The notes under the pieces: model-generated
Told to the model about the DNA's origin: nothing
Seen by the model: the letters and a program-made list of their open reading frames with translations, nothing else
The model's database searches: none
In this document: positions 52,478-62,753 of the stretch, one piece after another
Position numbering within the stretch: the first letter of the stretch is position 1
Layout: each line of letters starts with the position of its first letter
Origin: Chiloscyllium plagiosum
Lineage: Eukaryota
DNA: 64,000 nucleotides
NCBI RefSeq assembly: GCF_004010195.1
Contig: NC_057750.1
Coordinates: 2,046,929 to 2,110,928, forward strand
Reading direction: 5' to 3'
Translations under genes and position numbers: made by a program

Positions 52478-52820
52478 GGCATGGATAGGGTAAATAGGCA
52501 AAGCCTTTGCCCTGGGGTCGAGGAATCCAGAACTAGAGGGCATAGGTTTAGGGTAAGAGGGGAAAGCTATAAAAGAGACCTAAGGGGCAACTTATTCACA
52601 CAGAGGGTGGTACGTGTATGGAATGAGCTGCCAGAGGAAGTGGTGGAGGCTGGTACAATTGCAACACTTAAAAGGCATTTGGATGGGTATATGAATAGGA
52701 AGGGTTTGGAAGGATATGGGCCGGGTGCTGGCAGGTGGGACTAGATTGGGTTGGGATATCTTGTCAGCATGGACGGGTTGGACCAAAGCGTCTGTTTCCA
52801 TGCTGTACATCCCTATGACT
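52478..52820 (+). mobile_element. CR1 LINE 3' end
   Basis: ORF MDRVNRQSL...TRGHRFRVRG...FTQRVVRVWNELP. Confidence 0.9.
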
Positions 52821-52926
52821 GCTTTGACTGCCAACCGTATTTCAACAGGAAATTGCATTGATGGAGATCCTTTCAGGTCCCAAGATGCTTCTTGCAAATG
52901 ATTGTCAAACAAAATCTAATACTGAG

Positions 52927-53525
52927 TCATAGAGCCAAACAGCGTGGCAACCAGTCCTTCGGTCCAACTCATCCATGCCAACCAGATACTCTAACCTATT
53001 CTAGTCCCATTTGCCAGCACTTGGCCTATATCCCTCTAAACCCTTCCTATTCATATACCCATCCAGATGCCTTTTAAATATTTCAATTGTACCAGCTTTC
53101 ACCACTTCCTCTGGCAGCTCATTCCATACACGCACCATCCTCTGTGTGAAAAAGTTACCCGTCGGGTCCTTTATAAATCTTGCTCCTCTCACCTTAAACC
53201 TATGCCCTCGAGTTTTGGATTCCCTCATCCTGGGGAAAAGACCTTGTCTATTTACCCCATCCATGCCCCTCATAGTTATATAAACCTCTCTAATGTCACC
53301 TCTCAGCCTCCAATGCTCCAAGGAAAACAGCCCCAGCCCATTCAGCCTTTCCCTGTAGCTGAAACCCTCCAACCCTGGCAGCATCCTTGTAAGTCTTTAC
53401 TGAACCCTTTCAAGTTTCACAACATCCTTCCTAAAGCAGGGAGACCAGAACTGCATGCAGTATTCCAGTAATGGCCTAACCAATGCCCTGTACAGCTGCA
53501 ACATGACCTCCCAACTTCTATGCTC
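52927..53525 (-). mobile_element. CR1 LINE 3' fragment inserted in an L2-type 3' end
   Basis: Minus ORF MLPGLEGFSYRERL...FTQRMVRVWNELP. The flanks 52860-52925 and 53530-53700 join as one element. Confidence 0.9.
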
Positions 53526-53890
53526 CCATGTGAGAGATGATGATTGGTGACCAAAAGCTTGGTCAAAGAAAGCGACTTTAAGAAGCATCTTAAAAGAGGA
53601 GAAAGAAGGAAGGCTGGATGGATTGCCAGTGGTGATGTGATTGAAATGGAAGATGTGAAAGAAGCCACAATTGGAAAAGAGGGCTTTAGGAGGTCACTTA
53701 GTCCTGGGAAGGACATTTCCCAGGGCAGCTCCACAACTGCAGGTCTCATACTTCCACTGTGTTTTATAATTTTGCATCACCTGTTTTTTTTTTTTTGAAG
53801 TATTTTGCTTCACCCCTCCACCAAGTCCCTGAAGTTCAGCTCTCGCTATTGGTGCGGCGTGTGCTGATAACTTTGTCTTGAACGTTGCAG

Positions 53891-54136
53891 CAGGAACAGA
53901 AACAGCAGCAGCTTTACCAGGCGGCTCTGAAACTCCAACAGGAAAAAGGCCTGAACCAGCCGTCCCCTCACAGCTTAGCACCGACTGCCACCACGAGCAG
54001 CGTCCCTGCCTCGGTTATCGTCAGCAGTAGCATGGGGCTGGCACCGGCCACGCCTGCGGGACACGCGGACTCCAAAGGACAAACAGTGTTGCCCTCGCTG
54101 CCGAACACTCCGTTCCAGCAGATACGGGCTGGACAG
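53891..54136 (+). CDS. BICRA: BICRA coding exon 5 (QEQKQQQ...SVPASVIVS...IRAGQ)
   Basis: TGCAG|CAG tandem acceptor (53891 or 53894), CAG|GTAGTC donor, phase 0. SVPASVIVS motif shared with recalled human BICRA. Confidence 0.88.
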
Positions 54137-54672
54137 GTAGTCCCCCGTCCTCCTCCCAATCTCTCGCTCTCTGACGCTTCTACTAACACGGCTCTTGCTT
54201 TGAGTTTGACGGGTCACGGTCGGCGCTATCTGCACAATATTCTCAAAATAATGTTGGGAAAAACATTTTCTCGTAATAAAACAAAGAACTGGTGCTGGAG
54301 ATCTGAAACAAAAACAGGAATTGCTGGAGGAACTCTGGGAGCATCTCTGGGGAGAAAAGCAGAGTTAACATTTCAGGTCTCGTGAATCTCCTTCATTCTA
54401 TTCTGAACACTGATTCGATCCCAGCTTGGAGTATTGTGTCCATTCCTGAGTACCAGAATATAGCAAGGTTAAGAGTCCTGGTGAAGGTGCAAAGGATATT
54501 TACTAGAATGCCCGCACAGATGAGGGACTAGCGAATCTGTGATTGTTCTCTTCAGAGCAGAGGGGAATTAAGGAAGATTTAAGAGTTGTACAAAATATTA
54601 TGTTATTGGCAGAAAGGGAGAAATTATTTCAGATAATTGAAGGGATGGCAACCAAGGGAAGACTTGAAAGTA

Positions 54673-54880
54673 GGAGCAAATTGCTGCTGGAATCTGCACT
54701 GAAAACAAAAAATGCTGGAAATCACAGCGGGTCAGGCAGCATCCATGGAGCGAGAACAAGCTAATGTTTCAAGTCTAGATGACTTCATCAGAGCTGACAT
54801 GAGATGTGGAGAGGCCAACAGTTATATAATAGTAGGGAATTGGGGTGGAGTGCTGGGGGAGAGAGGCTGCTGATAGTGTA
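54673..54880 (-). mobile_element. PLE-related 3' end fragment with hammerhead-like motif
   Basis: Perfect 16-bp duplication GGAAGACTTGAAAGTA at 54657-54672 and 54881-54896. Shares GGTCAGGCAGCATC with family A. Confidence 0.75.
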
Positions 54881-55989
54881 GGAAGACTTGAAAGTAATTG
54901 ACAAAGGAATCGGAGGTGAGATGGAAACGTACTTCCACTCATTGAGTTATTGTGATCTGAAACATGCTGCATGAATGGGTGGGTGGAAACCCATTGAGTA
55001 ATAACTTTCAGAAGTGAACTGGGTAAAGACCTGCAAAGCAGAAATTTGCAGTAAGAGGAAAGAGCTGGGAAGTGGGACCAGTTGGATTTTGTTTGGAAAA
55101 GCTAGTGCAGTCATGCTCAGCTATTGGGATATGGTGATTGAGTGAGCTGAGGAGGGGTGTAAGTCAGTTGAAATAGAGCAGAAGTGCCAGCACGGGTCAC
55201 TCAGGTCGATAGGCATATTCAGCGGAGATATTGGTGATAATTTGAGCAATGCATCCCAATGAGTCTCTGACTTTTACTTCTGGTTTTGGTGGTTTAAAAC
55301 AGGCTCTCTCCAAGAAAGGCAGGATAGTGAGTTCTGAGCAAGAAGCAGCTTTCTCTGTTCCAGGTCTCCGATTTCTTGGGGTTGGGGATAACTGAATTGT
55401 CGCACGCACCAAGGCCATTTGTCAGTCTTGCCCCAGACTTCTGTTTAAATGTGCAGCCAGCAATTTTTGACTGAATCCCGTCAAAACTCGTATGTGTGCG
55501 TGGCCTGTAACAGACTGGTGTACCTCAACCTCTCCAAACGGGCTTCCTTTACTTGCCCTTCCTTCTGCCTCAAAGCTGCTGTTTACTGTTCCTTCTACCT
55601 TGTGTCTGTTTAACTTTTTTTTTCCACATTTACTTGTGTCTAAGGAAGGTTCATGTTGTGTCATGTCAGTATCTGATTTTCATAGCAGTACTGAGAGATC
55701 ACTGCTTAGCCAGAGTCCACACCTCAGTCGTACAATACTGCAAAACAAACAATCAGTGTTACTTTCTGCCAGAAAATTTGCAGAGAGTGCAATCTCAGCA
55801 GGTGGGATAACAGTTTAAGAGTTTAGAAGCTGCTGAAGAGATTTAACAGCATGGTTCCAGGCAGGGGGACTTCAGATACACGGTTGAGTTTCAGAAACTG
55901 GAGTTGTTGTTCTTAGAGCAAAGACATAGTTGGAAGATTTGACAGAGATGTCAATATAGCTAGAATGAAGCTCCCCTGCACTGTTACTA

Positions 55990-56315
55990 TCTACCCCCAT
56001 GCTGTCTCTGTCCTAGGAGTTTTTGGGGACAGTGAAGAAAGAGCTTTACTTTGTATCTAACCTTCCTCTGTCCAGGGATTATTTGATGGGGACATTATCA
56101 AGGGAGCTTTATTTTCAGTTTAAAAGAGTAGAGGAAGCTTTACTCTGTACCTAATCCTGTGTTATCCCTGTCCTGCAAGTGTTTGATGGGGGACAATGTA
56201 GAGAGAGCTTTACTCTATCTAACCCCGTGCTGCCCCTGTCCTGGGAGTATTTGATGGGGGACAGTAGAAAGGGAGTTTTACTCTGTATCTGACCCCATGC
56301 TGCCCCTGTCCTGGC
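55990..56315 (-). repeat. Degenerate tandem array of the same ~69-bp unit, ~5 copies, opposite orientation
   Basis: Repeated GAGCTTTACTCTGTATCTAACCCC and CTGTCCTGGGAGT.TTTGATGGGGACA blocks. Confidence 0.8.
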
Positions 56316-57377
56316 TGTGTGCTGAAACTGGGTGCTTAAAATTGGACCTACTTTATTCCCTGCATGACATCATTCACCTTGATCAGCCTCTGAAAATGTA
56401 CAGGGTTTTTTTGTTTTGGATGAGAAATTTGTTCTTAAACAAATTATCAGTTGAGATTATAGGTACTGCTTATGACTAAGTGGGTGTTATCTCGGACGAC
56501 CGACTCAACATGGGCGTATACTATAAACCGACTGACTCCCACAGCTACCTAGATTACACCTCTTCCCACCCTGCCCCATGTAAAAATGCCATCCCATATT
56601 CCCAATTCCTTCGCCTTTGCCGCATCTGTTCCCAGGAGGACCAATTCCAATACTGAACAACCCAGATGGCCTCCTTCTTCAAAAACCGCAGTTTCCCCTC
56701 AGACGTGGTTGACGATACTCTCCACCGCATCTCCTCCACTTCCCGCTCCTCCGCCCTTGAACCCTTCCCCTCCAATCGCCACGAGGACAGAACCCCACTA
56801 GTCCTCACCTACCACCCCACCAACCTCCAGATACATCGAATCATCCTTCGTCATTTCCGCCACCTCCAAACGGACCCCACCACCAAGGATATATTTCCCT
56901 CCCCACCCCTATCAGGGTTCCGGANNNNNNNNNNNNNNNNNNNNNNNNNNNNNNNNNNNNNNNNNNNNNNNNNNNNNNNNNNNNNNNNNNNNNNNNNNNN
57001 NNNNNNNNNNNNNNNNNNNNNNNNNNNNNNNNNNNNNNNNNNNNNNNNNNNNNNNNNNNNNNNNNNNNNNNNNNNNNNNNNNNNNNNNNNNNNNNNNNNN
57101 NNNNNNNNNNNNNNNNNNNNNNNNNNNNNNNNNNNNNNNNNNNNNNNNNNNNNNNNNNNNNNNNNNNNNNNNNNNNNNNNNNNNNNNNNNNNNNNNNNNN
57201 NNNNNNNNNNNNNNNNNNNNNNNNNNNNNNNNNNNNNNNNNNNNNNNNNNNNNNNNNNNNNNNNNNNNNNNNNNNNNNNNNNNNNNNNNNNNNNNNNNNN
57301 NNNNNNNNNNNNNNNNNNNNNNNNNNNNNNNNNNNNNNNNNNNNNNNNNNGGTCAGGCAGCATCCAGGGAACAGGAG

Positions 57378-57412
57378 AATCGACGTTTCGGGCATAAACC
57401 CTTCTTCAGGAA
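57378..57412 (-). ncRNA. Minimal type I hammerhead ribozyme motif (PLE family A, opposite strand)
   Basis: Reverse complement TTC-CTGAAGA-A-GGGT ttat GCCC-GAAA-CGTC-GATT. Confidence 0.65.
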
Positions 57413-57452
57413 AGAAGGGCTTTTATCTTAGCCTGTTTGGCACACCCTCCTC

Positions 57453-57488
57453 ATTCCTGAAGAAGGGCTTATGCCCGAAACGTCGATT
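57453..57488 (+). ncRNA. Minimal type I hammerhead ribozyme motif (PLE family A)
   Basis: ATTC-CTGAAGA-A-GGGC ttat GCCC-GAAA-CGTC-GATT: intact core, ACGT palindromic stem III, GUC triplet. Confidence 0.7.
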
Positions 57489-57738
57489 CTCCTTCTCCTT
57501 TGATGCTGCTTGACCTGCTGCGCATTTCCAGCAACATATTTTTAAGCAAAAGTTAAATTTCAAATGGGGACTGCTTTGGATCAAAATAGCAAGCTCTGTT
57601 TCTCCTATCAATTTCCTTCATCAAATTATTTTACCTTGAGAATGGACTAATAACCTAAATCCCACTGAAATCCTGCAGGGATTGAACGTAGGAGTATGGA
57701 AGTTTGCACCGTTTTGTATTTTTGTTTGGTTCATTCAG

Positions 57739-58530
57739 CAGATGGCCACGGGACAGCAAAAGACAACCTTGCAGCAGCTCCCGGTTACTTCACAGTCACC
57801 TCTACCTCAAACGCCACAGAATGACGGCCAGCTCCATCTACAGATGCAGTCGCCACACCAAATGCAGTCTCCCCATCAGATGCAATCACCGCACCAGTCA
57901 CGTCCACCCTCACAGCCTCAGCCTTTGTCGAGACCTCCCTCCCGCCCTCAGTCACGTCCGTCCTCTCAGCCCCAGGTGCTGTCCAGGCCACCGTCGGAGC
58001 CCCTTTCCCGCTCTTGCACGCCATCCCAGCTGCCCCTTCAGCCTCTGTATGTGATTCAGACCCAGGTCCAGTCATCCCCGCACGGTGCCCCCCAGGGGCA
58101 GCACCCGATGAGGCCTCCGTCACAGCCTCATGTGCAGGTTCAGTTCCAGAACCCCTCTCAGCCTGAACCCCAGCCCCAGTCTCAAGCCCAGCTGACATCT
58201 CCCACCCAGATACACCTTCAGGTCCAGCCCACCCCTCAGGTCCAGAGCCAGGCCGAGGTGCAGACCCCATCCCACCTCTTGCACCCGTCCACAGCTCCGA
58301 GCCAAGTCCCGAGCGAGCATCATCCAACACAGTCTCAGTCACAGCACGTCCAGCTCCAGCTGCACTGCCAGTCCCAAGCCCAGGCCCCTCTGCAGCCCGT
58401 CTATCAGACGCTGCATCTCACAACGGAGCAGCAGAACCGGTTCCAGATGGTTACGAGCCAACTTCAATCCATGTCTTCGATTCCCAACCCCACCGACCAG
58501 CATAAACACATCATGGAGAAGCTGCAGCAG
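57739..58530 (+). CDS. BICRA: BICRA coding exon 6 (QMATGQ...SRPPSRPQS...SRPPSEP...FQMVT...MEKLQQ)
   Basis: TTCAG|CAG tandem acceptor (57739 or 57742), CAG|GTGAGT donor, phase 0. RPPSRPQS, RPPSEP, TLHL and FQMVT motifs match recalled human BICRA. Confidence 0.92.
57841..57897 (+). repeat. Coding tandem repeat (QMQSPH)x3
   Basis: Three 18-nt units identical in protein and differing at synonymous positions. Confidence 0.9.
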
Positions 58531-59004
58531 GTGAGTACCTTTCCATTTTCCTTTCATCGGGGAGGTGAGGAGATGGGGTGTGGTTGAAGGCCTGCATTCC
58601 AAAGTGACTGGACCCACTGGGATTGAGACAAGTCGGGGAGGAGGTTTGGAAGACTGATTTAATCTTGGAGGAGTGTTTGGGTTGCTGTTACGCTTGGACC
58701 TTTGAAATTGCTGGGGAAGGTGAAGACTGAGGAAGGTGAGAAGCTTTATTTACATGGATCTGGTAAATCTAACTTGCACAGGAATGCAATTACACGGAGC
58801 CGAGTCAGAACAAATTTCTTCCTTTCCCACTCCGCACTTCCTGAGTTGGTTTGCTTCCTCCCTTGATGATATTGACTGCCTATTGGGATAATGTTCTCTG
58901 GACACTGGTTCACCACCCCTCCTGAATTTCTCCTCCTCTCTCCTTTCCACTTCCCCTCCCAGCTTTGTTGAATGAGCACAGTAGGGTGAAATGAAGTAGA
59001 CTCT

Positions 59005-59406
59005 TAGAAGCTTACAGCACAGAAACAGACCCTTCGGTCCAACTCGTCCACATCAACCAGGTGTCCCAAACTTAACTAGTCCCAAATCCAGCATTTGTTC
59101 CGTATTCCTCAAAACCTTTTCTGTTAATACAACCATCCAGTTGCCTTTTAAATGTAATTGTACCAGCCTCCACCACTACATGTGGCAGCTCATTCCATAC
59201 ACACACCACACTCTGCATGAAAACATTGCCCCTTGGGTCCCTTTTAAATCTTTCCCCTCTCACCTTAAACCTACGCCCTTCAGTTTTGGATTCCCCTACA
59301 ATGGGGGAAAGACTTTGGCTATTTATCTTATCTATGCCCCACATGATTTTATAAATCTCTGTAAAGTCTCCCCTCAGTCTACAACGCTCCAGGGAAAATA
59401 GCCCCA
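59005..59406 (-). mobile_element. CR1 LINE 3' fragment, continuing at 62087-62150 after nested insertions
   Basis: Minus ORF ...FKRDPRGNVFMQSVVCVWNELP. The sequence resumes as CTATTCGACCTCTCC...CCAACCCTGACAACATC. Confidence 0.85.
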
Positions 59407-59728
59407 GGGTGGCACGGTGGCTCAGTGGTTAGCACTGCTGCCTCACAGCACCAGGGTCCCAGGTTCGATTCCAGCCTTGGGGTGACTGACTGTATGGAGT
59501 CTGCACATTCTTCCCATGTCTGCGTGGGTTTCCTCTGGGTGCTCCGGTTTCCTCCAACAGTCCAAAGATGTGCAGGTCAGGTGAATTGGCCATGCTAAAT
59601 TGCCCATCGTGTTCGGTGCATTAGTCAGAAGAAAATGGGTCTGGGTGGGTTACTCTTCGGAGGGTCGGTGTGAACTGGTTGGACCGAAGGGACTGTTTCC
59701 ACACTGTCGGGAATCTAATCTAATCTAT
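59407..59728 (+). mobile_element. HE1-like V-SINE, full length
   Basis: A-box, GGTTCGATTCC B-box, V-domain, AATCTAATCTAATCT tail. Confidence 0.9.
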
Positions 59729-59729
59729 T

Positions 59730-62086
59730 TAGAGTTTTCTAGAGCAGTATGTCAATAGTCCGACGAGGGAAGGGGCCATGTTGGACTTGGTACTGGGGAA
59801 CGAACCAGGACAAGTGGTAGTAGTTGCAGTGGGGGATTTCTTTGGGAACAGTGACCACAATTCTCTACATTTTATAATACTCACAGATAAAGAAGAGAGT
59901 GGTCCTAAGGGAAGAGTACTAAACTGGGCCAAGGCCAATCATATCAAAATTAGGCAGGAGCTGGGAAATGTGGATTGGGCACAGTTATTTGAAGGGAAGT
60001 CCACGTTTGAGATGTGGGAGGCTTTCAAAGATAGTGCAGGATAGGCAAGTCCCGTTGAAGGCAAAGGATAGGAAGGGCAAGATTCATGAACCATGGATGA
60101 CAGGAGAAATTGTACGACTAGTCAAGAGGAAAAGGGAAGCGTACATAAGGTCTAGGCAGCTGAGAACAGAACGGGCCCTGGAGGAATACCGGAAGAGTAG
60201 GAAAAATCTTAAACAAGGAATCAAGTGGGCTAAAAGGGGTCATGAAATAGCTTTAGCTAGCAGAATTAAGGAAAATCCCAAAGCATTTTATTCTTATATA
60301 AGAAGCAAGCAAGAGTAAGGATTGGTCCACTAAAAGATAATGAAGGAAGGCTGTGTGCCGAACCTGAGAGAATGGGTGAGATTCTGAATGATTACTTTGC
60401 GTCAGTGTTCACTGAGGAGAGGTACATGATGAATGTTGAGATTAGAGATAGAAGTTTGATTAGTCTGGATCACGTTGGCATAAGTAGGGAAGATGTGTTG
60501 GGTATGTTAGAGGTTATTAAGGTGGACAAATCCCCAGGACCGGATGGGATCTATCCCAGGTTGCTGAGGGAGGCAAGAGAGGAAATAGCTGGGGCTCTGA
60601 CAGATATCTTAAATACAGGTGATATGCCGGAGGACTGGGAGGTTGCTCATGTTGTCCCCCTGTACAAGAAGGGTAATAGGGATATTCCGGGTAACTACAG
60701 ACCAGTAAGCCTGACGTCGGTGGTGGGGAGGTTGCTGGAGAGGGTACTGAGAGATAGGATCTATTTATATTTGGAAAGGAATGAGCTTATCGGTGATGGG
60801 CAACATGGTTTTGTGCGGGGGAGATTGTGCCTTACCACCTTGATAGTGTTTTTTGAGGAAGTGACCAAGTTGTTAGATGAAGGAAGGGCTGTTGATGTCA
60901 TATACATGGACTTTAGTAAGGCATTTGATAAGATTCCCCATTATAGACTAATGGAGAAAGTGAAGCCACATGGTGTGCAGGGTGTTCTAGCTAGATGGAT
61001 AAAGAACTGGTTGAGGAACAGGAGACAGAGAGAAGTAGTTGAAGGGAGTTTCTCGAAATGGAGAAAGGTGACCAGTGGTGTTCCACAGGGGGTCAGTATT
61101 GGGGCCACTGTTGTTTGTAATATACATAAATGATCTAGAAGAGGGCACTGTTGGTATGATCAGCAAGTTTGCAGATGACACAAAGATTGGTGAAGTGAAG
61201 AAAGTATAAGGCACTGTCAGAGAACACAGGAGGATATAGATAGACTGGAGAGTTGGGAGGAGAAGTGGCAGATGGCTTTCAATCCAGGCAAATGTGAGGT
61301 GGTGCATTTAGGCAAGACTAATTCTGGAGTGAATTAAACAATGAATGGAAGAGCCTTGGGAAAAGTTGATGGGCAGAGAGATCTGGGAGTGCAGGTCCAT
61401 TGTACCCTGAAGGTTGCTGCTCAGGTGGATAGAGTGGTCAAGAAGGCATATAGTATGCTTGCCTTCATCGGACGGGGTATTGAGTATAAGAGCTGGTAAG
61501 TCATGTTAAAATTGTACAAGACATTGGTTCGGCTGCATTTAGAATACTGTGTATAGTTCTGGTCGCCACATTACCAAAAGGATGTGGACGCTGTGGAGTG
61601 TGCAGAGAAGGTTTACGAGGATATTGCCTGATATGGAAGGTGCTAGCTATAAAGAGAGTTTGGGTAGGTTAGGTTTATTTTCATTAGGAAAAAGGAGATT
61701 GAGGGGGGACCTGAGTGAGGTTTACAAAATCATCAAGGGTGTAGACAGGGTGGATAGAGACAAGCTTTTTCCCAGGGTGAAGGATTCAATAACAAGAGGT
61801 CATGCTTTCAAGGGGAGAGGTGGAAAGTTTAAGGGGGATACACGGGGCAAGTACTTCACACAGAGGGTGGTGGGTGTTTGGAACATGTTGCCAGCAGAGG
61901 TGGTAGAGGCAGGCACGGTAGATTCATTTAAGATGTGTCTGGACAGATGCATGAGTAGGTGGGGAGCAGAGGGATACAGATGCTTTGGAATTGGGCGACA
62001 GGTTTAGACAGTACATTTGATCGGCTCAGGCTTGGAGGGCTGAAGGGCCTGTTCCTGGGTTGTAAATTTTCTTTGTTCTATGTTCT
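59730..62086 (+). mobile_element. CR1 LINE, 5'-truncated, ~2.35 kb, ORF2 (RT) broken by stops and frameshifts
   Basis: KSPGPDGIYPRLL, NYRPVSLTSVVG, QHGF, DVIYMDFSKAFDK, SGVPQG, SKFADD, VQRRFTR motifs and a TTCTATGTTCT tail. Confidence 0.95.
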
Positions 62087-62196
62087 CTATTCGACCTCTC
62101 CTAATAACTGAAACCCTCCAACCCTGACAACATCTTTGTAAATTTTTTTTGCTCATTTCTATTAAGAAGGTTCCTGATTTTAACTAACATGGATCT

Positions 62197-62418
62197 AGGA
62201 GAAAGTGAGGACTGCAGATGCTGGAGAGTCAGAGTCAAAAAAGGTGGCATTGGAAAAGCACAGCAGGTCAAGCAGCATCCAAGGAGCAGGAGAGTCCACG
62301 TTTTGCGCATAAGCCCTTCATTATTCCTGATGAAGAGTTTATGTCTGAAATGTTGACTGTCTTGCTTCTCTGATCTGCCTGACCTGCTGTGCTTTTCCAG
62401 CACCACCCATTTCGACTG
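62197..62418. mobile_element. Palindromic PLE-derived mini-element (family A)
   Basis: Tail plus inverted arms around degenerate CTGATGA...GAAA motifs. ACTAACA(T/A)GGATCT duplicated at 62183-62196 and 62419-62432. Confidence 0.85.
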
Positions 62419-62509
62419 ACTAACAAGGATCTGTTGAGCCATCTTGTCTGAGAGTCGATACAGACCAACATCGGATCAGAGACATGACGTTCATCTTTTT
62501 TTTCAACAG

Positions 62510-62753
62510 ATGCAGCATAACATAATTCTACAAGCCAAACAGTCTGCAGCGAACCAGACTGTGAGTGGGCTTGGCCCACTGAGCAATCAGGCACCCACCA
62601 TGCTAATCAGTAGCCAGGTGCAGTCTCCCAGTGTGCCAGCTCAGGTACATACCACCTCAGCCAGTATGAAATCCCAGCCTCATGGGGGAGGTCAAGCAGC
62701 CCTAGCAACACTGCTTCAACAGACATCCGTCCTTGTGAAGACATCTTCAGCAG
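62510..62753 (+). CDS. BICRA: BICRA coding exon 7 (MQHNIILQAK...LGPLS...KTSSA-G)
   Basis: TTTTTTTTCAACAG acceptor, CAG|GTACAG donor (phase 1). IILQxK and LGPL motifs match recalled human VPSGIILQNK...SLGPLT. Confidence 0.85.

Larger units (their letters stand above)
56490..57547 (+). mobile_element. Penelope-like element (third family): RT thumb/linker fragment plus pLTR; spans an assembly gap
   Basis: Translates to VYYKPTDSHSYLDYTSSHP...IPYSQFLRLCRICS...PLVLTYHP. After the gap come two oppositely oriented pLTR segments carrying hammerhead-like motifs. Confidence 0.85.

Noticed and set aside
59407..59480. tRNA gene-like A/B boxes (also at other SINE heads)
   Set aside because: They continue directly into V-domain SINE bodies and are SINE heads, not tRNA genes.
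60372..61133. Active or domesticated reverse transcriptase gene
   Set aside because: 5'-truncated CR1 ORF2 with frameshifts and stops on both sides.
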